Part shown: positions 1 to 11,370 of the stretch, piece by piece
How positions within the stretch are numbered: the first letter of the stretch is position 1
Layout: every line of letters begins with the position of its first letter
Origin: Octopus bimaculoides
Taxonomy: Eukaryota
DNA length: 64,000 nucleotides
Assembly: GCF_001194135.2 (NCBI RefSeq)
Contig: NC_068983.1
Location: 103,004,451 to 103,068,450, forward strand
Direction of reading: 5' to 3'
The notes under the pieces: generated by a model
Databases searched by the model: none
Told to the model about the DNA's origin: nothing
Seen by the model: the letters and a program-made list of their open reading frames with translations, nothing else
Program-made: the position numbers and the translations under genes

Positions 1-204
1 ATTTTCGTGCGGGTGACACGTAAAAGCATCCACTACACTCTCTGAGTGGTTGGCGTTAAGAAGGGCATCCAGCTGTAGAAACTCTGCCAAATTAGACTGG
101 AGCCTGGTGTTGCCATCCGGTTTCGCCAGTCCTCAGTCAAATCGTCCAACCCATGCTAGCATGGAAAGCGGACGTTAAACGATGATGATGATGATGATGA
201 TGAT
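1..204 (+). mobile_element. 3' part of a SINE/LINE-tail repeat ending in (GAT)n (RTE-like tail, family B); truncated by window start
   Basis: Near-identical to 36870-37063 and ends ...ggaaagcggacgttaaac(gat)n. Degraded copies lie at about 19480-19590(+), 49850-50110(-) and 52620-52800(-). The RTE affinity is recalled, not tested. Confidence 0.75.
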
Positions 205-1225
205 ATTCATATGTGCATGTGTGTGTATGTGTATACATGTATATTGCATTTGACCCTTTGGCCAATAATTGATGAGGAGTTGGGGACCTTCTGTGTGTGT
301 TTTCTGTTCATTTGTGTGTTTACTATACATTTTTTAAACTTTATGCATGTGTATGTGTGTATGTGTGTGTAAATATGGCGAAAAATTAAAAAGGGGATAA
401 TAGGAATAAAGCTTAGTGAATAAGATATTCGCTTAAAGCTTTGATGGAAAGAGAAAGCATCTTAATGTTTTGGAAGTTTGCACTTCACCAGAAGCAAGAG
501 AGAAGCATATAGGGAGTGATCAAGAGGAATAGTCAGTGAAAAGGGTAAAAATGAGTAATGGGTTAGAAACCAGGTAGGAATAATGTTTTATGGGTGGGTT
601 GGATTTTAGAAAGGAGGAAGGGACAGGTATGAAGGTGCAAGTATAAGAGTGTAGAGTGTTAGAAAGAGGGCGTAAAAGAGGAGTGGTGTACGTGTGTGTG
701 TGCATGTGCTTTAGTGTGGTATATGTATGTTTGTGTGTAGAGGTATGCAAATGTTGAAGATAGTGGTGTAGGTCAATGGGGTGTGGAGTATTGGTGTGTG
801 TGTGTGTGTGTGCGTATGATTGTTAAGTGGATGGTATGAAACTGTGCATGCTAAGAGGTGAGAATGTGAAGGCAAAGGATACTGGTGAAACAAGATCAAT
901 GTGGAAAGTGTGACAGAACTGTAAAGAGGTGAGGGGTGGAACAGTTTGTAACAAATAAAGTAAGTTTAAACTAGAACATATAAAAACAAAAAGAGAAACA
1001 CATATCCCCCACCCATCCCTAGATGACTCAAAACTTCCTTAAGCATGAATATAAACTGGTTAACTCAGGTGAGCTCATTTAAGCTTCCTTAATGCATGCT
1101 GTGTCACTTTCTCTTTATTACACACTCACACTTCCCCACCTTCTCATACCTCCCCATTATCAATCTTAGCCATGTCATTTGCTATTTCCTTTAATCGTGA
1201 TTCACTGTAACCGCAGCTACATGCT

Positions 1226-1514
1226 ACCAGTAATCGCCTAAGTCAGTACAAATCTGTTTTATCTTCTGAAATTGGGATTTTGGATTTGACCAAATTATAT
1301 GATGTGAATGATCAGAGTAGCAGTGGAGGCAAATGTGGGATGACGTGGGCTTGCAAAATAATTCTGTCACTATTCTGCCTCCAGAAAACTTAACTCTTGT
1401 GTCCAAAAATTCAACACTAGTTTTTGAATAACTATACATAAATTTTATGTTGGACTTAAAGCCGTAGTTTTTAGCGTAACAGTTATACAGAAATGCAAGA
1501 TGTCATCAATGAAC
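1226..1514 (-). repeat. Inverted duplicate of the Penelope RT segment (fold-back arm)
   Basis: ORF 1224-1439(-) is a diverged copy of ORF 1574-1942(+). The symmetry centre is catcaatgaac-a-gttcattgatg at 1515. Confidence 0.9.
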
Positions 1515-1515
1515 A

Positions 1516-3071
1516 GTTCATTGATGATGTCTTTTTTGTCTGGGAAGGATCATAGGATAGTTTAATTGACTTCTTGCATTTCTGTGACTGTTATGCTAAA
1601 AACTATGGCTTTAAGTCCAACATAAAATTTACGTATAGTTTTTCAAAAACTAGCATTGAATTTTCGGACACAAAAGTTAAATTTTCTGGAGACAGAATAG
1701 TGATAGAGTTATTTTGCAAGCCCACATCATCCCACATCTACCTCCACTGCTGTTCTGATCATCCACATCATATAATTTGGTCAAATCTGAAACCCCAATT
1801 TTTGAGGATAAAATGGATTTGTACTGACATAGGGGATTACTGGAAACATGTAAATGCTTTTGGTGTACCTGTTGTACCTGTATTTCAAAGGGCCAGTCTT
1901 GTCACACTGTGTCACGCTGAATATCCCCGAGAATTGCGTTAAGGGTACATGTGTCTGTGGAGTGCTCAGCCACTCACGTTAATTTCACGAGCAGACTGTT
2001 CCGTTGATTGGATCAACTGGAACCCTCGACGTCGTAAGCGACGGAGTGCCAACAATGTCAAACACAGTTACAGTGAATCACAATTAAAGGAAATAGCAAA
2101 TGACATAACTAAGATTAGTAAAGAAAGCCAAACTTTCATGCATAATTTTAGCAAACAAAGTACAATATGTAACAGAATTCCTTCAATGATTAACTGGCAC
2201 CAAAATTCCATTGGCATTTCAAAAGTGTTACATGAAAGTTACCAGCATGTGGAAAAATATCTTTGTTTCAAACAAATATTTTCTCAGCTCCTATTGTAGC
2301 CTTTAGATGGAATAAAAATATAAGAGAACTATTAACCTGTACTTCTGACTCCAAGGAAACTAACATTGGAGTTTCTGCATGTTGTACCTTGGAAAACAGC
2401 CGCAAAAGAGGTAAGCTTTGTGAATTGTGCAGCATGAGTTAAGTCAATTCCGTCGGGAATCATAACAGAAATGTAATGATTTACACGGAAGGTGAGACAT
2501 GTAGAGATTCCCATTTGGTGTATGCAGCAGAATGCACCAATCACAACTTGATTTATGTTGGTTGTACAACAGAACAATTAAACAAAAGATTCAATGGACA
2601 CAGATATGACATTAGACACAATAACAGAATCTGCCAAACATCCTACATCAAATGACTGCAATTTTGAAAAGGACTTGAAAGTGTATATTCTCAGAAAACA
2701 TTCTGAATATGCTACACTTTCAGTTCTCAAAATGCATGAGGAGAAATATGTTTATGAGTTATTAACATCACATCCTGGAGGGATGAATAAAATGACAGAA
2801 TTTCATCATATTTACACAAAACTGTTTGATTAAATATTCTTCCTTTTTCTTTTCTTCTCTTTTTTTTCTCTCTATTCTTTTGTTCTTTTTTTGCCAGTTG
2901 TAAACTTGAAAACTGAAGACTGATGATGTCATTCCATCAACATGGAAACACTGGTTGCCCTTGTTCAAATTTTGGATTTGAATTTCTATAATTTTGAATT
3001 TCTATGCATCACTTTTCAATTTGAACTTGACAAAGACATGCTAGCTGTCAAAACATCATTCAACCAATAAA
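1516..3071 (+). mobile_element. Decayed Penelope-like retroelement (RT C-terminus + GIY-YIG endonuclease), 5'-truncated
   Basis: Reads FIDDVFFVW (RT catalytic motif) from 1518. Thumb-type KPTSSHIYLH..SDHPHH at 1574-1850, KLCELC near 2420, GIY-YIG-type VYAAECTNHNLIYVGCTTEQLNKRFNGHRYDI from about 2518, and a C-terminal E..YVYELLTSHPGGMN at about 2740-2790. Stops and frameshifts are present. AATAAA at 3066. Confidence 0.85.
1862..2054 (+). mobile_element. 5'-truncated SINE (family F, (CAA)n tail) inserted into the Penelope ORF
   Basis: Reverse complement of 42350-42545. It interrupts the Penelope reading frame and ends gagtgccaacaa. Confidence 0.8.
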
Positions 3072-3214
3072 ATATTTATTGCAATTGCATCGCGCTGTTT
3101 GTATTGTCTAATAATAATAATAGTAATAATAATTATAACTAGCTAGACCCGTGAAAAATTCACGGAAAACATAAAAAATGTAAGCGTCTGTAAACAGTGT
3201 ACTGGTGCCATGAG

Positions 3215-3365
3215 AAATGTTTGTATATTATGACCGTCTGTCTTTACGTTCTGAGTTCAAATTCTGCCAAGATCGACTTTGCCTTTTGTCCTTTCAGGGT
3301 CGATAAATTAAGTATCACTTATGTACTGGGGTCGATCTAATCAACTGGCCCCCTCCCCACAAACA
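3215..3365 (+). mobile_element. tRNA-derived SINE (family C: ...ttctgagttcaaatt..gactttgcctttcatcctttcggggtcgataaa..aagtacc...)
   Basis: Same consensus recurs at about 31300-31410(-), 36350-36530(-), 40560-40765(-), 53325-53520(-), 54710-54915(-), 62250-62430(+), 63205-63330(+) and 63735-63930(+). B-box-like gagttcaaattc is present. Confidence 0.75.
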
Positions 3366-3982
3366 ATTCAGGTCTAGAAAAATATATTGTGACAGTTACA
3401 GAATATAGTAAGTAATGTAACACCAATGACTATATAATCCAACCAAAATATCTGTTACACAAACATAAACAGAATTACTATTTAACCTTAACATCGTACA
3501 TGTTCAAAGAAACCTCAATGTACAAATTGAAATGCAAAAGAACGAAATAAAAAATGGATTTATGAATGAAAGTTTGGTAATTGCGTTTATTTCCACCATG
3601 CGACACTTATTATTGCAAACATGTTTTAACTAACTATACACACACACAAATACATTGATATATATATATGTTTCAAGTTGTAGCTGTAATTAAAAGGGAC
3701 CAGCCTTGTCATATTCTGTGTGAAGTTGAGTCTCCCTGAGAACTACGTTAATGTTATGCATGTCTGTGGAGTACTCAGCCATTTGTGAGTTAATTTTATC
3801 CTTGTATGGTAATGAAAACTGAAATTGACAATTGTGTGTATGCATGAACTTTTCTTTGGATTTATGGATCTGCTGTCTCTCTCACTTTCTCTTTCACTTC
3901 TTTTGTGTCCTTCTTCTCTCCTGCTTTTGATTTAACGATGTCTATATGTATCTATGTATCTACTTCTCTTGCGATGTGATAA

Positions 3983-4160
3983 ACATTTAAAAACACAAAA
4001 TGAACGCTGTCACCACTCACTGTCTCTTTCACTCTCTCACTTTTTCTCTCTTTCTCACGTCCTCTCTGATACATTTAAAAACACAAAAGGAACACCATCA
4101 CCGCTCACTGTCTCTTTCACTCTCTCTCTGACTTCCTTTCTGTCCTCCTCTCTCTCGCTT
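3983..4160. repeat. Tandem duplication, period about 88 bp
   Basis: acatttaaaaacacaaaa..gaac..tcacc.ctcactgtctctttcactctctc starts at both 3983 and 4071. Confidence 0.8.
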
Positions 4161-4856
4161 TGCCACTTTTTTTAAGTAAGTGTGATGCACACAACAGGTA
4201 CGTACAAAAACAAAAAGTTAGCGTATTAATATTATTGATAAATGCCCTAATGCAGTACCAGGCCAGGCACTGGCTCTTATGGCTTTTGATCTTAAATGAT
4301 TAAAAGTGTTATCATGTACATGTTTTGTCTTGATATAAAAGATAGACTACAGCCAACAATCTGCTCAATACCACAGATTTGCTCGTCAGTTGTTTGACCA
4401 TAACCAGTTGAGCATGTCCCTTAGTGGCTGACAAGTGCATCTTTGATCACAAGTAGAGTAGTTGGGGAGCATCATAACCATGTGTTGAGAGGAACCCTTT
4501 GGGATTTGGATAATTCACCACTGGAAACATGAGTTCATCATCCTTAAACTGTCATTCAGAAACTTTTTGAGCAGGATAGGCTGCACAACCTGAAGTAAAT
4601 TCTAAATAGGCTGTTTATCTTGACATGAGATCACCATGTTGCACGCATATGGCTGTGATGCATGTACCTGGTGTATTCTTATGAGATGGGTAGTCATGAT
4701 GGGTATATTGGGCTTCATATATTTGTACTCCAGTGTCTCTTTGATGGCATGCACTACTCTCTCATTCAATAATAATAACAATAATAATAATAGGTGTAAT
4801 ATTTACTTACAATTTTTTTAAAAGGCAAAAGATATTGAGAAGAATATTCAACTTAC

Positions 4857-5090
4857 ATATTTGTAATTCAGGATAACTGGGTCCATACATGATCTTGAGC
4901 AAACGCGATAACAGTGCATGGTTGATGCGATGCCACTGTTGGACAAGGGCATCATGATGGCGCCAATCAACACACATATTACGGAAAGTCTTCCATAAGG
5001 AAGGGGATGGAAAACATCGAGCACATGCTAAAATCCAGATCTCGAAAAGAACACTTAGGACTCGTTCACACAGATGTTCGGCAATGTCAG
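4857..5090 (-). CDS. RALGAPB: RALGAPB coding exon 4 (phase 1-1, 234 nt)
   Basis: Encodes (A)DIAEHLCERVLSVLFEIWILACARCFPSPSLWKTFRNMCVDWRHHDALVQQWHRINHALLSRLLKIMYGPSYPELQI, matching my recollection of human RALGAPB [46 protein letters not shown]. Acceptor ttcttttcttcatcag; donor T|gtaagt. The next exon is outside the window. Confidence 0.95.
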
Positions 5091-7627
5091 CTGATGAAGA
5101 AAAGAAAAAAACTGCTGACAATATATTTTGAATAAACATTAAAGTAAGTTCAACATAATGAGATTTAGTTTGGTTAATATCTGTTTGGCTCTCTTGGTGA
5201 CCATATTAGTCTGATGAATGTTCTCCCATTAAAATAGGAAGATTTTCACCAGAAAGTTACTTTACCCTTTGCCTGTCCAAAACATTTTCATAAGTTTGTC
5301 CTAAATGCCCATGCTTGTTTTCAGACTTTTAGTTAGCCTTTGTTTCATACATTCTGAGTAATATAAAGGTTTCCTTTCATAAGTCTCAAGTTACTCTGGT
5401 AGTTGAAAAAAAATTGAGAATGTGTATCATAAATGCATGGATGCCAGTGATATAAGCCGTGTGTGTCACGTGTGATACACAGAACAGGCATAAGGTTAAT
5501 AATAAAATAAAGCTTTGATAGTATTTTCAATAATATTAGTAAACTATGCACATAACAGCACTTTAACATTACACAATCATCAATTTAATGTTTATACACA
5601 TATTTGTTTTAGGCTGACATGGACAAGCTAAGTTTGTTCACTTCATCTATAACTATCAAACAGTTATGTTGTACTGCGACTAAAGTAGTTTGATAATATC
5701 TTTTGATTTGCAGAGTTAAATTGGAGAATTTTCAGCAATAGCTTTTTAGTATTAATTTAATACAGTAAAAAGTTATTTACAATGTTTTATTTAATTTAGC
5801 AGAAAACCACTTTCATAGAAATAAGGATCAAACTTGGCTATGTGATCAAGAAGTTGACACCACAACCATGTGAGTTTGATTTCACTGTGGAGCACCTTGA
5901 GTGTCTTCTATTATAGCCTTGGGTTGTCTAAAATCTTACAAAAGAAATTTAGTAAACAGAAACTGTGCACAAGTTCTTCAAATACGTATGCTAATTCTGA
6001 TATATTGTGACCCTTTATATCCCATAACTTAGTAGTTTATTGAAAAGAAATCAATAATATAAGCCTTAGACCAAAATAAGTACAGGGGTCAATATGATTG
6101 ACTAAGCTCTTGAAGGTGGTACCCCAGCATAGCTGCAGTCTAATGACTGAAACTAGAGGTAAAATATAAGAATCAGATATATAATAATAATGATACCTTC
6201 GTATTTAATTCAATTTTACTTAACTGATATGATTAAACCATGCTTTCAAGATATGAAATAGTTATGAACTTACTAAAATACAAGTTTGTTTTAGACTGAT
6301 TAAGCAATTACAAGTTTATATAGAACTGGTTCAAGTATTTCCTTAATTCTATCCCTTCTCCTACAGGTTCACACAATAGTTGTGAGGCAAAGATGTAAAA
6401 TAACTCTACAAACAATATTCAGTTTATCAAAAAATAGTTTAAGTCAAGATCAAATGAGATTAATTTATTTCACAGAACTGTTTAAGTACAAAATACATAT
6501 ATAGAAGAATTAATATTTCTTGCAATTTAATAGGAAAAGTAACAATCTAAAGTTCATTTCCTCAACTGATACTAAAAAATTATTCATGGATGATGAGGCA
6601 CTTAGCTGAATACATAGTGAAGTAGACTCCTGTGTCATATTGAACATCACTTCAACACCACTGGATGCTATTTGCTTAAAAACTAAATAGAAATGTTGAA
6701 TCTGTTTAGCTTAAAAGTAGTATAATCAAATGACTGTATGTTCTATTACATTATAATTCACAGTTTTAATGGTAATGAAAGATAATTGGTGAGAATCCTA
6801 TGAGGTAATAACAATAGTGATAGAAGGCTAGGTTTTATCAACTGAGTAGTTTTAATGAAAAATATTTGTCAATAAATCATTGAGTTAATTCTTTTTGGAA
6901 TAAAATCTTCCAAACATTATTTTCAAGACTGATGTAAACATGTTTGTATATTACTGAACTGATGCTTTGTGGCTTTCTTAAAAATGTCAAGAGAGATACA
7001 CTGTTGTGGTATCTTGTTGCCTTCTCTGGGTAGGCATGAAGCCAAAGATTGCGTAGTGTAGATAAAAGTTAAATGCAATGTTCACAAACCTACATGAGTC
7101 AAATAAAATGGAAATAAAATGGTATAAAGAGCAGTTCAAGTAATCAGCTTAACAGGAAACAACCTTTGTATTATATGGTGATTGTCAACACTTAATAACT
7201 AAATATTTCATACAGTTACGTCTTTACATCAAGTGGGGATCTTAAGACACTGTTGATTCTTGTTCATCACAGAGTAGGAAACCACTCTTTGTTTACACTT
7301 CCATATATTTATTGAGCTTTGCAAAGTTTAAAAAGGAGTAAAAAATTTGAAATACATGATACATGCTTATACAGGTTAAACTAATACTTTTATAATCATA
7401 CTTACTAAATCATTTTACTATATTTATTGTGGCACTGAAGATACAAGAGTAAACTTTCACATTCATTTCTTCAAATTAATATAGCTTTTTAATACAAACA
7501 ACAAATAAGAAAATAGAAATACCTCCAACCAATATCCAAAACGAATCTACTTGCATGTGTGAGAAAAACAATATACATACATTATATATGCATCATCATT
7601 TAACATCGACCTTAAATGATGATTATA

Positions 7628-7664
<37 letters not shown>

Positions 7665-7912
7665 NNNNNNNNNNNNNNNNNNNNNNNNNNNNNNNNNNNN
7701 NNNNNNNNNNNNNNNNNNNNNNNNNATATAAATATATATATATATAGTCTGATGATGCTTAGCTGAAACAACAGTGGCCATGTAAGAGTATATGAACAAA
7801 TACATTTACACAGTATGCAGTGTTCAACATTCAGTTCTTTCTTAACCATGCAAGAAGATCATATCTTTGATATCTAATATCAATGTCTTTCTAATTTTTT
7901 TTTTGTCAGCAT

Positions 7913-7917
<5 letters not shown>

Positions 7918-7968
<51 letters not shown>
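7918..7968. repeat. (GT)n microsatellite; representative of many SSRs
   Basis: Read directly. Others: (GA)n about 18684-18724, (TA)n about 18902-18963, (TAC)n about 26314-26363, (GT)n-(AC)n about 29356-29422, (TTA)n about 63155-63198. Confidence 0.95.
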
Positions 7969-7971
<3 letters not shown>

Positions 7972-8698
7972 TGTGCATGTGCACACGTACCTGCATGCAC
8001 ACACGTAATCTTAATATCTAGCCAATAACATCAATGCCAAAAACAGATTCATGTGAATAATATAAATTGATTGATGATATTCTGAAATACAAAGTATAGA
8101 TCAACTAAACCTTCACCACCAATGTCAATTAAGAAAATAAAAATTATAAATTATTAGTAGTAGTAGTGTTATGACTTTTGGAAGCAACCCTGTCACCAGT
8201 TGAAGCAATAGTCTTAAGCTATTTGCAAGAAATGCTTTGAAAATAAGTAGTATTAGCAAAGTTATTTTTTCATGATTATGAAAATGATAGAAATATAAAG
8301 TAAATGAAGAAATGAACAAATAACAACAAAAATATAACAGTAATAATAAAAGATAATTAGCTATATAAATTCTTGGAATAAGTAAAACATCTTTTAGATG
8401 TATATCATTTTTAACCTACATTTTTAATACCAACACACTTCTATTTCTAGCCCACATACTATGCTATCTCCTCACTGTCTTTTTCTGCTATTACTATTAT
8501 TACTATAAAAGCCTCTACTCTTCAGAGAGGGTTAGTTGTATACCCATGATATACCCATCATCCAGTACCTATACTGTCTTCCCTATCAATGTCCTATTCC
8601 AACCAATATAAGGCAAGCCTTCCTCCCTAGGATATAAACCATTTGGAATTCCATCATTTCCCCTAGCCATCAACTTCAAACTGATTATCAGTTAACAG

Positions 8699-8972
8699 TC
8701 TGTATACACACTGAGTGTGTATATGCTGAAAGTCTTTTAAAGTGTGGTCTTTGTCTTGAGAAAGCATCTCTTACAGACATAGTGTTAGATACACAGAAAA
8801 ATAACAGCAGCAGGCAAAGGTTGCCCAGCATCAGTGGTAGAATTGCTGGAATCAGTTTTCTGCTGCTATTTTTCTGTTTTTAACATTAAACATCTATAAG
8901 AGAGGTTTTTTCAAGATGACTACCACACTTTAAAAGGCCTTCAATATATACAAATTTTAAGTATGTATACAG
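8699..8972. repeat. Degenerate palindromic (fold-back/MITE-like) element
   Basis: Left arm ttttaaagtgtggt..gtcttgagaaagcatctcttacag..cagaaaaataacagcagcag is mirrored by ctgctgctatttttctg..ctataagagaggttttttcaagatgactaccacactttaaaag. Outer tctgtatac/gtatacaga also pair. Confidence 0.75.
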
Positions 8973-9510
8973 ATTGCAAATTTTGAATTAATACTGCTTC
9001 CATCGCTAATAATGAATGACTATCAAGCACATTATCTGACCAGTCACAAAGCCTTTATAAAAGTCGTGGGTATAGCACTCCCCTTCTGAATAAACCATGT
9101 TTTAACAGTTCTTATCATTCCAAACCCCTCATGTGAGTGAAAAGATAAAATCTCAACACAAAAATGAGAAACTGTAAAATACCCAGCACCTCATTAAGTC
9201 AATGTTTATGTTTGTGTGTAAGTGTGCATGTGTAGAACTATTTCAGCTGGCTTAACACATCAAAAACAACATTATCATATCAGTTGTTCGCCGTCCCATA
9301 TTTCCTTTCCTTATGGTTAGGCAATTAATATTAAAAAAAAAACAAAAAAAACCCAGAAAATTAGATAGTTTACTTATGATAATTGCGACACTGTAATTAA
9401 TTTTGAAACATAATTGCTTCAAGCAAACATCTTGAATTAAAATAGTGTGTATAGAAAAGACTTCATATAACAGGTTATGAGTTTAATATTACATGTGTTT
9501 TATACATATA

Positions 9511-10772
9511 CTGGGTCATCCCATAAATAATGCAGTTTTTTCAATTGCATGAAGTAAAAGTTGGAGGAGTAAGCGATAAACTACCTGCATCAACTTGCTA
9601 TAAAAGCAGGTAATTTTACCTTGTATGTATTCTTAGTGTGAGTTTTGAAGAGTGCAATTTGATTTTAACAGTTAGTTTTTCAAAGCTATAATGGAAGTGA
9701 CAAAGGAGCATATTCAGCATATTTTGCTTTATGATTTCAATAAAGGCAACAAAGCGACAGAAAGTGTGAGGAATATTAATGCAGTATACGGGGATCAGAC
9801 AATAAGTGTAAGCCAGCTTCAACAGTGGTTCCAGAAATTCTGAGCTGGAAACTACAGCCTAGAAGATGAGCCTCATCCTGGAAGATTTGTAGAGCTCAAC
9901 AAGGACATCCTGCAAACCCTGGTGGACAAAAATCCCATAGTAATTGTTGAGGAACTAACAGAGAAGCTTGAATTTAGTCATTCAACCATTCATTGACACC
10001 TGTGTGCGTGCTGTCGGAAAAGTCAGCAAATTGGGTCAATGGGTTCCTCACAAACTTTCCGAGTCTAATCATGCGCAGAGAGTGAATGTGTGCTCTTCTT
10101 TGCTGTCACATCTCATGAATGAACCTTTTTTGGACTGAATAGTGACTGGTGACAAGAAATAGGTTCTCTATAAAAATGTCAAGCAATGTAGGGAAAGGAG
10201 AAACACTGATTCCCCAGGCTAAAGAAGGTTTTCATCCACATAAGGTGTTGTTATCTGTTTGGTTGGATATGAAAGGTTTAATCCATTTTGAACTTTTAAA
10301 CCCATAATTAAACAATAACAAAGGAGAACTACTGTGAGCAGCTTNNNNNNNNNNNNNNNNNNNNNNNNNNNNNNNNNNNNNNNNNNNNNNNNNNNNNNNN
10401 NNNNNNNNNNNNNNNNNNNNNNNNNNNNNNNNNNNNNNNNNNNNNNNNNNNNNNNNNNNNNNNNNNNNNNNNNNNNNNNNNNNNNNNNNNNNNNNNNNNN
10501 NNNNNNNNNNNNNNNNNNNNNNNNNNNNNNNNNNNNNNNNNNNNNNNNNNNNNNNNNNNNNNNNNNNNNNNNNNNNNNNNNNNNNNNNNNNNNNNNNNNN
10601 NNNNNNNNNNNNNNNNNNNNNNNNNNNNNNNNNNNNNNNNNNNNNNNNNNNNNNNNNNNNNNNNNNNNNNNNNNNNGGAGAGTATATTTTAGATTAAAAA
10701 ATTAATAACTTTGGTTATATTTATTTTGAAAAATAAAAGTATAAAAAAACTGCATTATTTATGGGATGACCA
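9511..10772 (+). mobile_element. Full-length mariner transposon, inactive transposase
   Basis: TA then TIR ctgggtcatcccataaataatgcagtttttt at 9511. The reverse-complement TIR aaaaaaactgcattatttatgggatgacc is at 10743-10771, with its last bases lost to a (TC)n tract. ATG at 9691 gives MEVTKEHIQHILLYDFNKG..WFQKF*AGNYSLED..WVPHKL..FLD*IVTGDKK*VLY (WVPHEL and TGDEKW mariner motifs) with stops. An internal N gap is present. Confidence 0.92.
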
Positions 10773-10791
10773 TCTCTCTCTCTCTCTCTCT

Positions 10792-10844
<53 letters not shown>

Positions 10845-11370
10845 TATATATGTATACACACACACACATACATATACATATATCCATACAATATATATCA
10901 GATAAATATTTCAGATGTACTGATAATAAAGTGAAACATAAATGGAAATGTGGAGAAGTTTTAACACACTACATATTTTTGGTATAGTGGAATTTTAAAA
11001 ACTACAATATGTATGTGTACACGCACACACATATATACATATAAAAACTCAATTTATATCATTAAATTTATTCAATTTACTAACTGTTAACTAATATGAA
11101 TGAGGAAATTATCAAAAATCATATAATAAGTAAATGATGTCCAATTAAACATGAAAATAGGTGTATGAATTGTACAGTAATCATATAAATACTAGATGTC
11201 AACACCTGTGGAATCTCATGTAAATAATGTCTGGGAATCAACAAAGAACAATCACAAGACAAATGAGATATCAATATGAAATTACTAACAAAATCTTAAA
11301 CTAAATGATTGATACACAGTTTCCAAACCTAACTGTCTAAAACTACTTCGCCATAAAATAAAACTACATA

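Noticed and set aside
6340-6480. Strong plus-strand acceptor (cccttctcctacag|G)
   Set aside because: No matching donor or recognisable product.
7749-7775. CTGATGA..GAAAC hammerhead-like spacing (also minus strand 31154-31178)
   Set aside because: Stems I and III and the NUH cleavage triplet cannot be formed; too degenerate to support.
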